DNA from: Patescibacteria group bacterium
GTDB taxonomy: Bacteria; Patescibacteriota; Minisyncoccia; 2-02-FULL-40-12; IGHO2-01-FULL-4-A
DNA length: 64,000 nt
Reading direction: 5' to 3'
NCBI GenBank assembly: GCA_038064915.1
Contig: JBBTSB010000010.1
Coordinates: forward strand, 19,809-83,808
Both the position numbers and the translations under genes were made by a program. Each line of letters begins with the position of its first letter. Position 1 is the stretch's first letter. Shown here in pieces: positions 27,698 through 37,619 of the stretch. A model generated the notes under the pieces. It worked only from the letters and a program-made list of their open reading frames with translations. It was not told where the DNA came from and searched no databases.

Positions 27698-28687
27698 GAA
27701 AGTGAATTTAGAAGAGAAATCGTTTCCGGAGATTGGGTATTGATCGCGGCGGGACGAGGAATGCGTCCGCACGCGGTAAAGCCGCGCGAGAGCAATTATC
27801 AAAGTCCCGCTGACTGTCCCTTTGAAGACCCTCAAAAATCAGGCAACAGTGAAGCAGTCATGGTTGTTCCCGAGGGGTCAAACGAGTGGCGCATCCAGGT
27901 CGTCAAAAACAAATATCCTGCCGTTGTGCCGGGAGCGTGCGGGCCGATTATGGAGCGAGAAGGATTTGAAGTTACCGCAGGAGTGGGATTCCATGAAATT
28001 ATCGTCATGCGCGACCACGACAAATTTTTTCCTTCGTTTTCACCGGAGGAGACAGCTCAAGTTCTGCAAGTGTATCGCGATCGCTACCGCCAGATTGCTC
28101 TCGAGCCTTGCGGTCAGTACATTATGATTTTTCACAACTATGGTCATCGCGGCGGAGCCAGTGTGTACCACCCACATTCACAAATCATTTCCGTGCCGAT
28201 CATTCCTCCTGATGTCATGCGAAGCGTCAAGGGATCTTATGATTACTTTAAAAAAAACGGACGTGAAGCACATGCCGTTATGGTGGAGTATGAACTTGCG
28301 AACAAAAAACGGATTCTCTTTGAAAATGAGCAGTTTGTAGCCTTTTGTCCCTTCGTTTCCAAACAGCCCTACGAAATGCGCATCTATCCAAAATTTTCCA
28401 GTGCACATTTTGATCACATAGAAGATCAGAGCCTTGTGCCGCTAGGCGAGGCTCTGAACACGGTACTCAAAAAAATGCGTGACGCTCTTGATGATCCGGC
28501 ATATAACTTTTTCATCCATACGGCGCCGCTTCACTTTGAACACTCAGATCTTTCCTTTGACCAGTACTATCGATGGCACATAGAAGTCATTCCACGTGTG
28601 AGCTTTGATGCCGGGTTTGAGGCAGGGACGGGAATTAAAATAAATATTATAGATCCGGATGTTGCCGCGCAAACGCTCAATGGGTAA
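27695..28687 (+). CDS. galT: galactose-1-phosphate uridylyltransferase (HIT family)
   Basis: HPHSQI HxHxQ motif and Zn-binding Cys/His N-terminus. ORF track start is 27671; ATG 27695 is preferred by analogy with element copy B. Confidence 0.8.
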   Translation: MESEFRREIVSGDWVLIAAGRGMRPHAVKPRESNYQSPADCPFEDPQKSGNSEAVMVVPEGSNEWRIQVVKNKYPAVVPGACGPIMEREGFEVTAGVGFHEIIVMRDHDKFFPSFSPEETAQVLQVYRDRYRQIALEPCGQYIMIFHNYGHRGGASVYHPHSQIISVPIIPPDVMRSVKGSYDYFKKNGREAHAVMVEYELANKKRILFENEQFVAFCPFVSKQPYEMRIYPKFSSAHFDHIEDQSLVPLGEALNTVLKKMRDALDDPAYNFFIHTAPLHFEHSDLSFDQYYRWHIEVIPRVSFDAGFEAGTGIKINIIDPDVAAQTLNG

Positions 28688-29417
28688 AATTCTCATCGCC
28701 AATTGGAAAGCCAATCCCGCAACGCTACAAGATGCAGAGCATTTATTTCATGCCGAAATGAAGGCGACGAAGAAATTTCCTCAGGTAACCGTGGTGATCT
28801 GTCCGCCATTTGTGTACCTCGCACGCTATGCAAGTCATGCTGCGGTGGAACTCGGAGCTCAGGACGTGCACTGGGAAGATCGTGGTCCTCATACTGGTGA
28901 GGTGTCGCCGCTGATGCTCAAGGAACTTGGCGTAAGGTTTGTCCTCGTGGGACACTCTGAAAGGCGTGCTCTCGGGGAAACAGATGAAATGGTCAATAAA
29001 AAACTGAAGGCAGTTTTGCAGAATGGCATGATACCGGTGCTTTTGATCGGTGAGCCCGAAAAAGGCCCTGCGCGTTCGGACTACCTTATAGATCAGCTTA
29101 CCCGCGATTTGGAAGGTATTGATGCTGATGGCGCGAAAAAGATTTTGTTTACCTATGAGCCGGTTTGGGCGATTAGTACCAATCCTGGCGCGCAACCGGC
29201 TACTCCCGAAGATGCTTTATCCGCGATTCACGAGATGCAGGCGATTATCAGTAAAATGTACGGATTTGCTCCCGAAGTACTTTACGGCGGGAGCGCGAAT
29301 GTTGAAAACATCGCGGGCTTTCTTTCCCATCCGGAAATTTGCGGGGCGGTGGTTGGCGGCGCCAGCCTTCATGCAGATGAGTTTGGGAGAATGATTGATA
29401 TTGTGGCGCAATTATGA
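28680..29417 (+). CDS. tpiA: triosephosphate isomerase
   Basis: ANWKAN…VGHSERR…YEPVWAI motifs; ATG 28680 overlaps the galT stop. Confidence 0.9.
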   Translation: MGKILIANWKANPATLQDAEHLFHAEMKATKKFPQVTVVICPPFVYLARYASHAAVELGAQDVHWEDRGPHTGEVSPLMLKELGVRFVLVGHSERRALGETDEMVNKKLKAVLQNGMIPVLLIGEPEKGPARSDYLIDQLTRDLEGIDADGAKKILFTYEPVWAISTNPGAQPATPEDALSAIHEMQAIISKMYGFAPEVLYGGSANVENIAGFLSHPEICGAVVGGASLHADEFGRMIDIVAQL

Positions 29418-30445
29418 TGAAGCTTTTGCGTGATATTCCCAAGGGAGAACTCAAAAACAAAAAAGTCTTTTTGCGTGTGGATTTTAATGTGGCCCGGGAG
29501 GGAGAAAAAATCGTTGAACCATTTAAAATTGAAACACATAAAGAAACCATCGACTATCTTCTTAATAATGGAGCAAGAGTCGTCTGCACTTCCCATATTT
29601 CAGAAGAAGGACAAAGTTTTGCACCCATAGCAAAACAGATTGGCGAGATTCTTGGACATGAATTCTTTTTTGTAGATGAAGTAACAGGTCCTGCAATTCG
29701 GTCAGCGATTCAAGATCATTCCCTTGTACTTGTCGATAATATCGAGCTTCGTGCCGAAGAAAAGACCAATGATCCTGAATTTGCAAAAGAACTCGCAGGA
29801 GGATTTGATTTGTTCGTCTTTGATGCATTTGCTAGTGCCCATCGATCGTATGTAACCCGAGAAGGAATTATGCACCTATTGCCTTCATACGCTGGTTTTG
29901 TGGTGGAAAAAGAAGTAAAAGAACTCTCCGATGCGCTGAAAGCTCCGGCAGAACACAAGGTTGTGGTGCTCGGAGGGGCAAAAATTTCTACAAAAATGCC
30001 GGTAATCCAAAACTTTTTGGACAAAGCGGAATATATTTTATTGGGCGGTACGCTCATCAATCAACACGAAGAACTACAAGCCATCAAAAATCCCAAAGTG
30101 ATTTTGCCCAAAGACACCAATCCCACCGAAGGCAACGCTTTTGATATCGGTCCACAAGCCATTGCCCAGTACTCCAAAATTATTCGCAAAGCGGCATTTG
30201 TGATTTGGAATGGTCCCATGGGGAAATATGAGGACCCGCAATATGCTGGAGGGACAAAAACTATTGCAGAAGCTGTTGCCAGCGCGCCATTTTCTATCAT
30301 CGGTGGTGGAGATACTGTGGCGGCGGTGGATAAATTCGGCCTTCGTGAAAAGTATAGCTATGTTTCCACCGGAGGCGGGGCTATGCTAGAATTCCTTTCC
30401 GGTAAAGAATTGCCGGCACTAAAAGCACTCGGCTACTATGAGTGA
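29414..30445 (+). CDS. pgk: phosphoglycerate kinase (short form, 343 aa)
   Basis: FLRVDFNV, GGGA/STGGGA motifs. Confidence 0.8.
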   Translation: MMKLLRDIPKGELKNKKVFLRVDFNVAREGEKIVEPFKIETHKETIDYLLNNGARVVCTSHISEEGQSFAPIAKQIGEILGHEFFFVDEVTGPAIRSAIQDHSLVLVDNIELRAEEKTNDPEFAKELAGGFDLFVFDAFASAHRSYVTREGIMHLLPSYAGFVVEKEVKELSDALKAPAEHKVVVLGGAKISTKMPVIQNFLDKAEYILLGGTLINQHEELQAIKNPKVILPKDTNPTEGNAFDIGPQAIAQYSKIIRKAAFVIWNGPMGKYEDPQYAGGTKTIAEAVASAPFSIIGGGDTVAAVDKFGLREKYSYVSTGGGAMLEFLSGKELPALKALGYYE

Positions 30446-30986
30446 AAAACTTTCTACGAAAATCAAAGAACGGCCACTAATATTCGTTGATTTAGAATTC
30501 ACTGGTTTGCGATGGGAGCATGAGGTGATACAAATTGGCGCCTTGGTGGTTTCGCAGCCTGATTTTAAACAGGTCAAAGAGTGGGAATGCAAGATCAACG
30601 CAGATTTTTCAAAAGCAGATCCTGAAGCACTCAAAATTGTGGGATACACAGAAGAGCGGTGGAAAAATGCAGTGCCGCTTCGCGATGCGCTGACCAAGTT
30701 TAATGAAATCGCAAATGGGGGAGTATTAGTTGGCTTCAACGTGGCGATGGATTTTTTGTACCTGAAGAAAGCCTACGCGAGCGTCGACATGGAACCGACA
30801 TTTCACTGGCAGATTATCGATGTTCTCTCGATGGCGTTTAAGGATCTGTATAAAGAAAATCTTACGGAGTATCGTATGAGCGAGCTTACGACGCATTTCG
30901 GCATCAAAAACGACGTCCATCACGACGCTCTCGAAGATGCACGCATGACATATGAGATTTTCATGAAGCTATGGCAGACTTCATAA
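30438..30986 (+). CDS. DEDDh 3'-5' exonuclease (DnaQ/epsilon-like)
   Basis: Exo I FVDLEFTGL and Exo III HHDALEDARMT motifs. Confidence 0.75.
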   Translation: MSEKLSTKIKERPLIFVDLEFTGLRWEHEVIQIGALVVSQPDFKQVKEWECKINADFSKADPEALKIVGYTEERWKNAVPLRDALTKFNEIANGGVLVGFNVAMDFLYLKKAYASVDMEPTFHWQIIDVLSMAFKDLYKENLTEYRMSELTTHFGIKNDVHHDALEDARMTYEIFMKLWQTS

Positions 30987-31405
30987 TTCATACAGACGGT
31001 GGATCACGCGGAAATCCCGGCCCTGCGGCGATTGGGGTGACGATTGAATCGGCAGACAAAACTTTAAAGAAAGAGTACGGCGAGTCCATTGGCATTGCGA
31101 CCAACAACGATGCCGAGTATCAGGCCGTGATTTTTGCTTTAAAAAAATTAAAACAACTTGTTGGAAAAGAAAAATCGGCAAACTCAAACGTGGCGGTCAA
31201 GATGGATAGTGAACTCATCGAGCGCCAGCTCAACGGACATTTCAAAATCATGGACGAGCGGATGGGAAAGTACTTTATCCAAATCTGGAACCTCAAAATG
31301 GACTTTGCCTCGGTTACCTTTGAGCACGTCTACCGTGAAGCAAATCAAGCCGCCGACCGCATGGTAAACGCGTCACTGGATAAAGAGACGAATAAACTGC
31401 TATAA
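30971..31405 (+). CDS. rnhA: ribonuclease HI
   Basis: TDGGSRGNPGPAAIG, …NNDAEY…, …ANQAAD… RNase H motifs. Confidence 0.8.
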   Translation: MADFIIHTDGGSRGNPGPAAIGVTIESADKTLKKEYGESIGIATNNDAEYQAVIFALKKLKQLVGKEKSANSNVAVKMDSELIERQLNGHFKIMDERMGKYFIQIWNLKMDFASVTFEHVYREANQAADRMVNASLDKETNKLL

Positions 31406-31413
31406 TACATCTT

Positions 31414-33576
31414 ATGAAATATATTCTCCCCCTGGCTATCTTTTTCGGATTTGCTGCGCATGCTGCGGCCGTCATCAACCCCATCGACGTAGGACTTCGC
31501 GATGGTGACCTCGTTTCTGCGCAAGGTGATGTGGACGTCTTTATTGTCAAAGATGGGGGATACAAGCGTCTTTTCCTCAATGAGGTTATTTTTAGTTTCT
31601 ACGGGCACCTTGGCGGATTTTCCAATATCAAACACATCACCTCAAGTGTGCGAGATGTCTTTACGACCGTTTCAACCTATCGCTACGTAAACGATTCTCG
31701 GATCTTTTGTCTTGAGGTGACGGGAAATGATACGGGAGTACTTCACTGGCTCAATGTCAGCGCAGATCAAGCAGTTGCAGCTGACCCTGACTTTTTTAAA
31801 CATATTTTCACCATCAATGAGCATGAATTTAAATGGTATCCCCAGGCGTTTCCCTATACGTCCGTAGCACAATGCAAAAAACCTGGTGCGTCCACACCCA
31901 CACCCACACCCACACCAACGCCAACTCCCACTCCGACCACAACGCCGAGTGCTACTCCTGCAGGAAATGCAAATCTTTCCCTCAATATCTTTCCTTCATT
32001 TGAAACCACAGGTGTGATCATCACCCTTCCCGCAGGAACCAATGGCAACGAGACTGCAACGCTCTACCTCAAAGGCCCGGGGGACAGTAGTTTTAAAGAA
32101 CAACACCCATTTACGAAGTACGATGCAAACAACATGGCCTCAAGTTTATTCAGTCTCGCGCCCAATACTGCCTATCAACTGCGTGTCGTCTATAGCGATC
32201 CTGATGGCGCAGGTTCTGGTACCAAGGAGGCAAGCTTTACTACGAGGCAAGAGTTTTCGATTCCTGCGGCGTTGCGTGTCGTAAACGTAACCACGACGGC
32301 GACACTACAAGCGGCGATCAATGCGGCGATACCTGGAGACGAAATTCGAGTCGCGGCAGGTACCTACGGCAAAATCACCGTCAATGCCAAAAACGGTACG
32401 GCAAACAATCCGATAGTCATCAAAGGTGCAACATCAACGAAGCCGCTCATCGATGGCATGGCTGCCGGAAGCTCAGCTGTCTTAATCACCAACTCCTCCT
32501 ATCTTGTTTTCGATGGTCTCGATGTGCGTCGAGGCGGAACGTGCAGCAATGATGGTTCCGGATTCCATCTCTTGAAATCAAACCACATTACGCTACAAAA
32601 CAACGCCTTGAGCAACAACGGCGAGCACGATATTTGGCTCGGAGATTATACAGCGACCAATTTTCTCCCTACCGATGGTTATCATCTCATTCAAAACAAT
32701 ACGATATCTGGAGCTACTTGTAGTAAAGCCGAAGGTATCGCCATGTATACCAACAGCGGTAGCAATAATGTCATTCGCAATAACACCATTAGTGGTGGCA
32801 AAGATGGCATGAAACTTGCCGGCGGTGACTCGGCTGGTGGTCCAAGCTCCACCGTTCTCGAAACTACTACTCACGTCCTCAAACTCACGGGCGGTATCTA
32901 CTCTTCTCATGACCATGATGTTTACGGCAATACGATCAGCAATGTCAGAGATGACTTTGTTGAGCTTGATGGCGTCTCGGTGAATATTCGATTCTTCAAT
33001 AATACGTTGAGTGGCAGTACGATCAACGCCATTTCGATTTCCCCAGCTCTGCCCGGACCGCATTTTGTGATTCGCAACAAGGTGTCAGGCACGTGGGGAG
33101 AAGCTGCGGTAAAAATGAACACCAGCGCCGGCAGTTCGACCAACCCCGCGCGCAATGTGTTTTTCTACCACAATACATTCAGCCGCGATACCAGCGGCCA
33201 CTTGCTCAACCTCTGGTACGCCTATCCGGGTGAGCACATTGTCCCCGTCAAAAATATTCAGTTTAAAAATAATATCTTTTGGAATAAAGCTGGTGGACAG
33301 TCTACAGACGTAAAAATCAACACCTGGCCCACGACTCAGCCCACCTTCGACTACAACCTCTGGTACACGTCGTCCACCACGGGAATCTTTGAGTGGTGGG
33401 ATGGCGTGAAGCGCGTCTACAATACCTTTGCAGCTTTCAAAACCGGCAGTGGCCAAGAAGCCAACGGCAAGTTTGGAAATACGGAAAGCGCCGCAATGGA
33501 CGCCGCCGTCCGCATCCACGGCATCAACAATACCTTCACGGGCAGTGCTCCTGATATCGGTGCGGTGGAGTACTAA
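31414..33576 (+). CDS. secreted right-handed beta-helix (pectin-lyase-fold) protein with signal peptide, conserved N-terminal ~140-aa domain and Pro-Thr linker (TPTPTPTPTPTPTTTP)
   Basis: Signal peptide; repeated NNTISG/NNALSNN beta-helix motifs; N-terminal domain shared with 43537..47250. Confidence 0.7.
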   Translation: MKYILPLAIFFGFAAHAAAVINPIDVGLRDGDLVSAQGDVDVFIVKDGGYKRLFLNEVIFSFYGHLGGFSNIKHITSSVRDVFTTVSTYRYVNDSRIFCLEVTGNDTGVLHWLNVSADQAVAADPDFFKHIFTINEHEFKWYPQAFPYTSVAQCKKPGASTPTPTPTPTPTPTPTTTPSATPAGNANLSLNIFPSFETTGVIITLPAGTNGNETATLYLKGPGDSSFKEQHPFTKYDANNMASSLFSLAPNTAYQLRVVYSDPDGAGSGTKEASFTTRQEFSIPAALRVVNVTTTATLQAAINAAIPGDEIRVAAGTYGKITVNAKNGTANNPIVIKGATSTKPLIDGMAAGSSAVLITNSSYLVFDGLDVRRGGTCSNDGSGFHLLKSNHITLQNNALSNNGEHDIWLGDYTATNFLPTDGYHLIQNNTISGATCSKAEGIAMYTNSGSNNVIRNNTISGGKDGMKLAGGDSAGGPSSTVLETTTHVLKLTGGIYSSHDHDVYGNTISNVRDDFVELDGVSVNIRFFNNTLSGSTINAISISPALPGPHFVIRNKVSGTWGEAAVKMNTSAGSSTNPARNVFFYHNTFSRDTSGHLLNLWYAYPGEHIVPVKNIQFKNNIFWNKAGGQSTDVKINTWPTTQPTFDYNLWYTSSTTGIFEWWDGVKRVYNTFAAFKTGSGQEANGKFGNTESAAMDAAVRIHGINNTFTGSAPDIGAVEY

Positions 33577-34274
33577 GATTGCTCTCGTTTCCGGTCGTAG
33601 AAAAAATATTTACTCAAAAGTACGGCAATCCAAATGCCGAAGACGATAAAGGCATATTTGACGCCGAAGTATTGAAATATGGTTTGCCCCGCGAGGTGAA
33701 CAAAGACACCCCACAACATATTCCAGGCTATAATAGCAATGGCTGAGTAAAGCAAAAAGCGACGGAATGAAAATTGGAGGATGCCCGCCGCCGTTGCAGT
33801 TATAGAGGCAAGATTCGGTTCCCAGTAGCTTGCGATGATACCCCAAAAATATTGCCGCTCGAGTTTTGTTTGGGCATTTTCCAGTGCGCCTTTGAGGCCG
33901 AGTTTGAGAAACAGGCGATACCAGCCAAAACGCCCAAGGGCATAGTTGAACATGTATGCAATAAAAAATGCCACACATACGAGCGCCACGACCGTGACAA
34001 TACGGGTGATGTTGTCGCCGGCTGAAATAACCCCGATAAAAATCACGAACCCTCCCGGAAAGTACTGTCCCAGGATCAACGCTCCCTCAATAACAGCGGC
34101 AAGAAAAAGCACCCAGAGGCCATGCTGGGCGAAATAGCGATTGATGACTTCTATGAGCTCGGCATCCTGGGGAAGATCAAACAAGGACCATACTCCCCAT
34201 AGCGAAAGATAAAACGCCAGCAAGATCAACGGCCCCGCCGCGATCTTCAGCATAGGTTTCCAATTAAACGTCAT
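33573..34274 (-). CDS. DedA/VTT-domain family membrane protein
   Basis: EGALILGQYFPGG motif; multi-TM. Confidence 0.75.
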   Translation of the reverse strand: MTFNWKPMLKIAAGPLILLAFYLSLWGVWSLFDLPQDAELIEVINRYFAQHGLWVLFLAAVIEGALILGQYFPGGFVIFIGVISAGDNITRIVTVVALVCVAFFIAYMFNYALGRFGWYRLFLKLGLKGALENAQTKLERQYFWGIIASYWEPNLASITATAAGILQFSFRRFLLYSAIAIIAWNMLWGVFVHLAGQTIFQYFGVKYAFIVFGIWIAVLLSKYFFYDRKREQS

Positions 34275-34285
34275 GGGATAACTGT

Positions 34286-34314
34286 ATCATAAAATCCGCT
34301 TAGAGCGGATTTTA
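34286..34314 (-). terminator. perfect palindrome TAAAATCCGC-TTAGA-GCGGATTTTA, terminator for rnpB
   Basis: 10-bp stem with flanking T/A runs. Confidence 0.55.
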
Positions 34315-34319
34315 TGAAG

Positions 34320-34727
34320 CTTGGTATATCTGTAAGCCGAATTCTGTATTTGTGTGATCATTCATCTTGCCCGGCTGTTGCCAGACGGATCCTTGCGGCA
34401 CCCCCGCACAAATGCGTTAGCTTTTGGCGGGTACGGCCTTGCACCAGGCAGGGTTTAGCGCACTCCCATGTCGCCATGGGGTGATTCCGTTCGGAACCTT
34501 TTCACCCGCGGTCAGCCGTCTGGCTGACTCGGAATGGTCTCTGTGCCACTCACCGCTACGCGCTCGCGCTCTAGCGGGACCCCGCAGTTATGCGGTGGTT
34601 TCCCTAAGTTTTCACTCGGTGGTCGTTAGCCACTGCCTATACCAAGGTTTAACCTTGGTAGTGTTCGGACTTTCCTCGCTCCCCCGACAGAATCGTCGGG
34701 GCCCGCGCGATCACCCGATATACCAAG
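34320..34727 (-). ncRNA. rnpB: RNase P RNA, bacterial type A
   Basis: Read on the minus strand. P1 GGTATATC…GATATACC; P3 CCCCGAC-GATTCT-GTCGGGG; CR-I GAGCGAGGAAAGTCCGAAC; CR-V ACAGAATTCGGCTTACA. GC-rich with no credible ORF. Confidence 0.8.
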
Positions 34728-34784
34728 CTACTGTGAGGATAACACAATTTACAGAAAACAACAAGTGTGGTAGAGTAACTACCC

Positions 34785-36170
34785 ATGAAACGCTCTGAAT
34801 TAATGCTCAATGTCGCTCTCGTACCCGTGGATTTTGTCATGCTCATACTGGCAGGCGTGATTGCATACGTTGTACGTACGAGGATTTTGGATGCTATTCG
34901 ACCTGTACAATTTACCCCGGACCTGTCCTTTGAGCGCTACTTTTTGATCGTCCTTGTTGTCTCTCTTATTTTTATCGCATGCTATGCATTTTCCGGTTTG
35001 TATCGACTTTCCACCACGCGCCGTTTTCTCCAAGAGCTTTTTCGTATTATCGTTGCGTCTTCCGCGGGACTGATGGTAGTCATCGTCTACATGTTTTTGC
35101 GTGCGGAACTTTTTAACTCGCGGTTTTTGGTACTTGGAGCTTGGGTGGTAGGAATTCTATTTGTCCTCATGGGACGGTTTGCAATGAGGAAGTTACAGCG
35201 ATTTTTAGCGGGATACTACGATATTGGTATTCACAAAGTCTTAGTGATCGGGGATGATGAGCTTACTAAAACGCTCGTTCAGCACATGCAAGAGGATCGC
35301 AACGCCGGTTGGCGCGTGGTTAAGCAACTTGCCCACCCCGAAATCGCCGAAGTCCACAGTGCCATAGGTAACCCTGGAGTTGATGAGGTCATTTTAGCAA
35401 ACCCCAACTATCCCGCAGAGCGGGTGATCGAACTCATAGAGTTTTGCAACGAAATGCATTTGGGATTTCGCTTCGTACCGAATCTCTATCAAACTCTGAC
35501 GAAAAATTTCTCGTTCGATACGTATACCGGTGTGCCATTTGTGGAGTTGCGCCGCACGCCGTTGGATGGCTGGGGACGTGTTTTCAAGCGCGGAATTGAT
35601 ATCTTGGGTGCAGTCGTTGGCATCATCGGTTTGTCACCACTTTTTGCGATTGTTGCTTTTGCCATAAAATGGGAAACAACGGGTCCGGTTGTCGTTCGTC
35701 AGGAACGCATCAGTCGGGGGAAGAGGTTTTCGCTCGTAAAGTTTCGCTCGATGATCAAGAACGCCGAGGAGCTCAAGCCGCTGTTGGCGGAGTTCAATGA
35801 ACGTAAGGGAACGCCGTTTTTTAAGATGCGCAATGATCCCCGCGTCACTAAGGTAGGGAAGTTTATTCGTCGCTACCGAATTGATGAGTTGCCGCAGTTG
35901 TGGAATGTTCTCAAGGGAGAGATTTCCCTTGTAGGTCCGCGTCCTCATGAGCCTGCCGAGATTGCTCAATACGAACGATCCCACCGCCGTGTGCTCGCTA
36001 TCAAGGCGGGTGTTACGGGATTGGCGCAAACTTCGGGGTCTTCCGATCTTTCTTTTGAAGAAGAAGTGGCTTTTGATGTGCTCTATATCGAAAATTGGTC
36101 ATTTGCCCATGATATAAAGATTATCATTCTCACGATTCTCAAGCTTGTCAGGGATCGCTCTGCGGTGTAA
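34785..36170 (+). CDS. undecaprenyl-phosphate sugar phosphotransferase (WbaP/bacterial sugar transferase family)
   Basis: N-terminal TMs plus ELPQLWNVLKGEISLVGPRP signature. Confidence 0.85.
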   Translation: MKRSELMLNVALVPVDFVMLILAGVIAYVVRTRILDAIRPVQFTPDLSFERYFLIVLVVSLIFIACYAFSGLYRLSTTRRFLQELFRIIVASSAGLMVVIVYMFLRAELFNSRFLVLGAWVVGILFVLMGRFAMRKLQRFLAGYYDIGIHKVLVIGDDELTKTLVQHMQEDRNAGWRVVKQLAHPEIAEVHSAIGNPGVDEVILANPNYPAERVIELIEFCNEMHLGFRFVPNLYQTLTKNFSFDTYTGVPFVELRRTPLDGWGRVFKRGIDILGAVVGIIGLSPLFAIVAFAIKWETTGPVVVRQERISRGKRFSLVKFRSMIKNAEELKPLLAEFNERKGTPFFKMRNDPRVTKVGKFIRRYRIDELPQLWNVLKGEISLVGPRPHEPAEIAQYERSHRRVLAIKAGVTGLAQTSGSSDLSFEEEVAFDVLYIENWSFAHDIKIIILTILKLVRDRSAV

Positions 36171-36207
36171 GCGCACGGAACCCCACAGGAGAGATCCCGT
36201 GGGGTGA

Positions 36208-36441
36208 TCAGGGAACGATGTGCCCGCTGACGGCGATACGCCTTATTCTGGCTTTTGCCGCCTGGAAAGCTCTGCGACCATGCCGTTTCACGAATGCCCG
36301 ACAGTTCAGGGCATAGGTGTGCGCGGAGAAACGCACTCTCGCGCATGCAATAGCCGGAGGAATGCGGGCGCATTCAGCGAGGACGGTAATGGTCATCGCT
36401 GGCGAGACGCCGTTGTCGAGTGGCAGGAGAAAGTTCGACAC
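36208..36441 (-). CDS. small GC-rich hypothetical protein (77 aa)
   Basis: AGGAGG SD 6 nt upstream of a GTG start; hairpin CCCCACAGG…CCCGTGGGG downstream. Confidence 0.35.
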   Translation of the reverse strand: MSNFLLPLDNGVSPAMTITVLAECARIPPAIACARVRFSAHTYALNCRAFVKRHGRRAFQAAKARIRRIAVSGHIVP

Positions 36442-36509
36442 GCCGATCCTCCTTTACTCATATTTTATTCTCCTTCCCTTTTTTATGCAATCTGCTAGAC
36501 TCGGGGCAC

Positions 36510-37619
36510 ATGAAAATCGCTCTTGTTCACGATTATTTGACGCAATTTGGCGGTGGGGAGCGGGTATTGCAGGTACTTTCCGAGATGTACCCCGAAGCAC
36601 CCATCTATACGTTGGTATACGATGAACGGGCGACCGGGGGAGTATTTAAGGGTCGTGATGTTCGAACAAGCTTTCTCCAAAAGTTGCCGTTTACCAAGCG
36701 CCACCATCGTCTATTCCCCTTGCTCATGCCTCTTGCGATCGAGCAGTTTGATTTTTCGGAGTTTGATACGGTGCTTTCCGTTTCCGCTTCATTTGCCAAA
36801 GGCATCATCACCAAACCTTCCACCCGGCACATCAACTACTGCCTTACCCCTACGCGGTTTTTATGGGACGACAGTCAGCGATATTTGCGCGAGAATTATT
36901 CTCCATTGTTGAATAAAATCGTTGCTCCATTCTTGAGCTATCTACGGATCTGGGACCATGAGGCTTCCATGCGCGTCGATGAATACATTGGTATTTCGCG
37001 GTTTGTTCAAGAGCGCATCAAAAAATACTACGATCAAGATTCTGCGTTCATCTATCCCCCGGTGGATACAACAAAGTACTTCGTTACGGAACTCGCCGAC
37101 GACTATTTTCTTATGGTGGGCAGGCTGGTGGGATACAAGCGATTTGATCTCGCAGTAAAAACCTTTAGCGCCATGGAGCTGCCACTAAAAATCGTGGGCG
37201 ATGGACCCGAACGAGCGCGCCTTGAACAAATGGCCGAACCTAACATTGAATTCTTGGGCCTCGTTTCGGACTACAAGATGCCAGAACTCTATGCTCATGC
37301 CAAAGCCGTCGTATTTCCCCAGGAGGAAGATTTTGGTCTTGTGCCGTTGGAAGCGATGGCCTCTGGACGACCCGTCGTCGCCTACCGAGCCGGGGGAGCG
37401 CTGGAAACGATCACCGAGGGTGTTACCGGGGTCTTCTTTGACCAGCAAACAGAAATCGACCTTTCTCTTGCCGTCGGGAAACTTCAGCAAATGACGTGGA
37501 ATCCCGAAAAGATACGCGAACATGCAATGAAATTCGATATCAACATCTTTCGGCAGCAAATGCGTGGTATACTGGAAAGTGAGGATGCCAAAACAGAATA
37601 TTCATTTGGCGCTTTTTGA
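36510..37619 (+). CDS. GT4 family glycosyltransferase
   Basis: Start MKIALVHDYL; C-terminal E…E GT4 motif (FPQEEDFGLVPLEAMASGRPVVA). Confidence 0.85.
   Translation: MKIALVHDYLTQFGGGERVLQVLSEMYPEAPIYTLVYDERATGGVFKGRDVRTSFLQKLPFTKRHHRLFPLLMPLAIEQFDFSEFDTVLSVSASFAKGIITKPSTRHINYCLTPTRFLWDDSQRYLRENYSPLLNKIVAPFLSYLRIWDHEASMRVDEYIGISRFVQERIKKYYDQDSAFIYPPVDTTKYFVTELADDYFLMVGRLVGYKRFDLAVKTFSAMELPLKIVGDGPERARLEQMAEPNIEFLGLVSDYKMPELYAHAKAVVFPQEEDFGLVPLEAMASGRPVVAYRAGGALETITEGVTGVFFDQQTEIDLSLAVGKLQQMTWNPEKIREHAMKFDINIFRQQMRGILESEDAKTEYSFGAF

Noticed and set aside
36171-36509. GC-rich 340-bp gap considered as a structured ncRNA (tmRNA, 6S or SRP)
   Set aside because: No tmRNA tag frame, tRNA-like 3' end or SRP domain-IV motif was found. 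A minus-strand 77-aa ORF with an AGGAGG SD explains the conservation-like GC bias better, though it remains uncertain.
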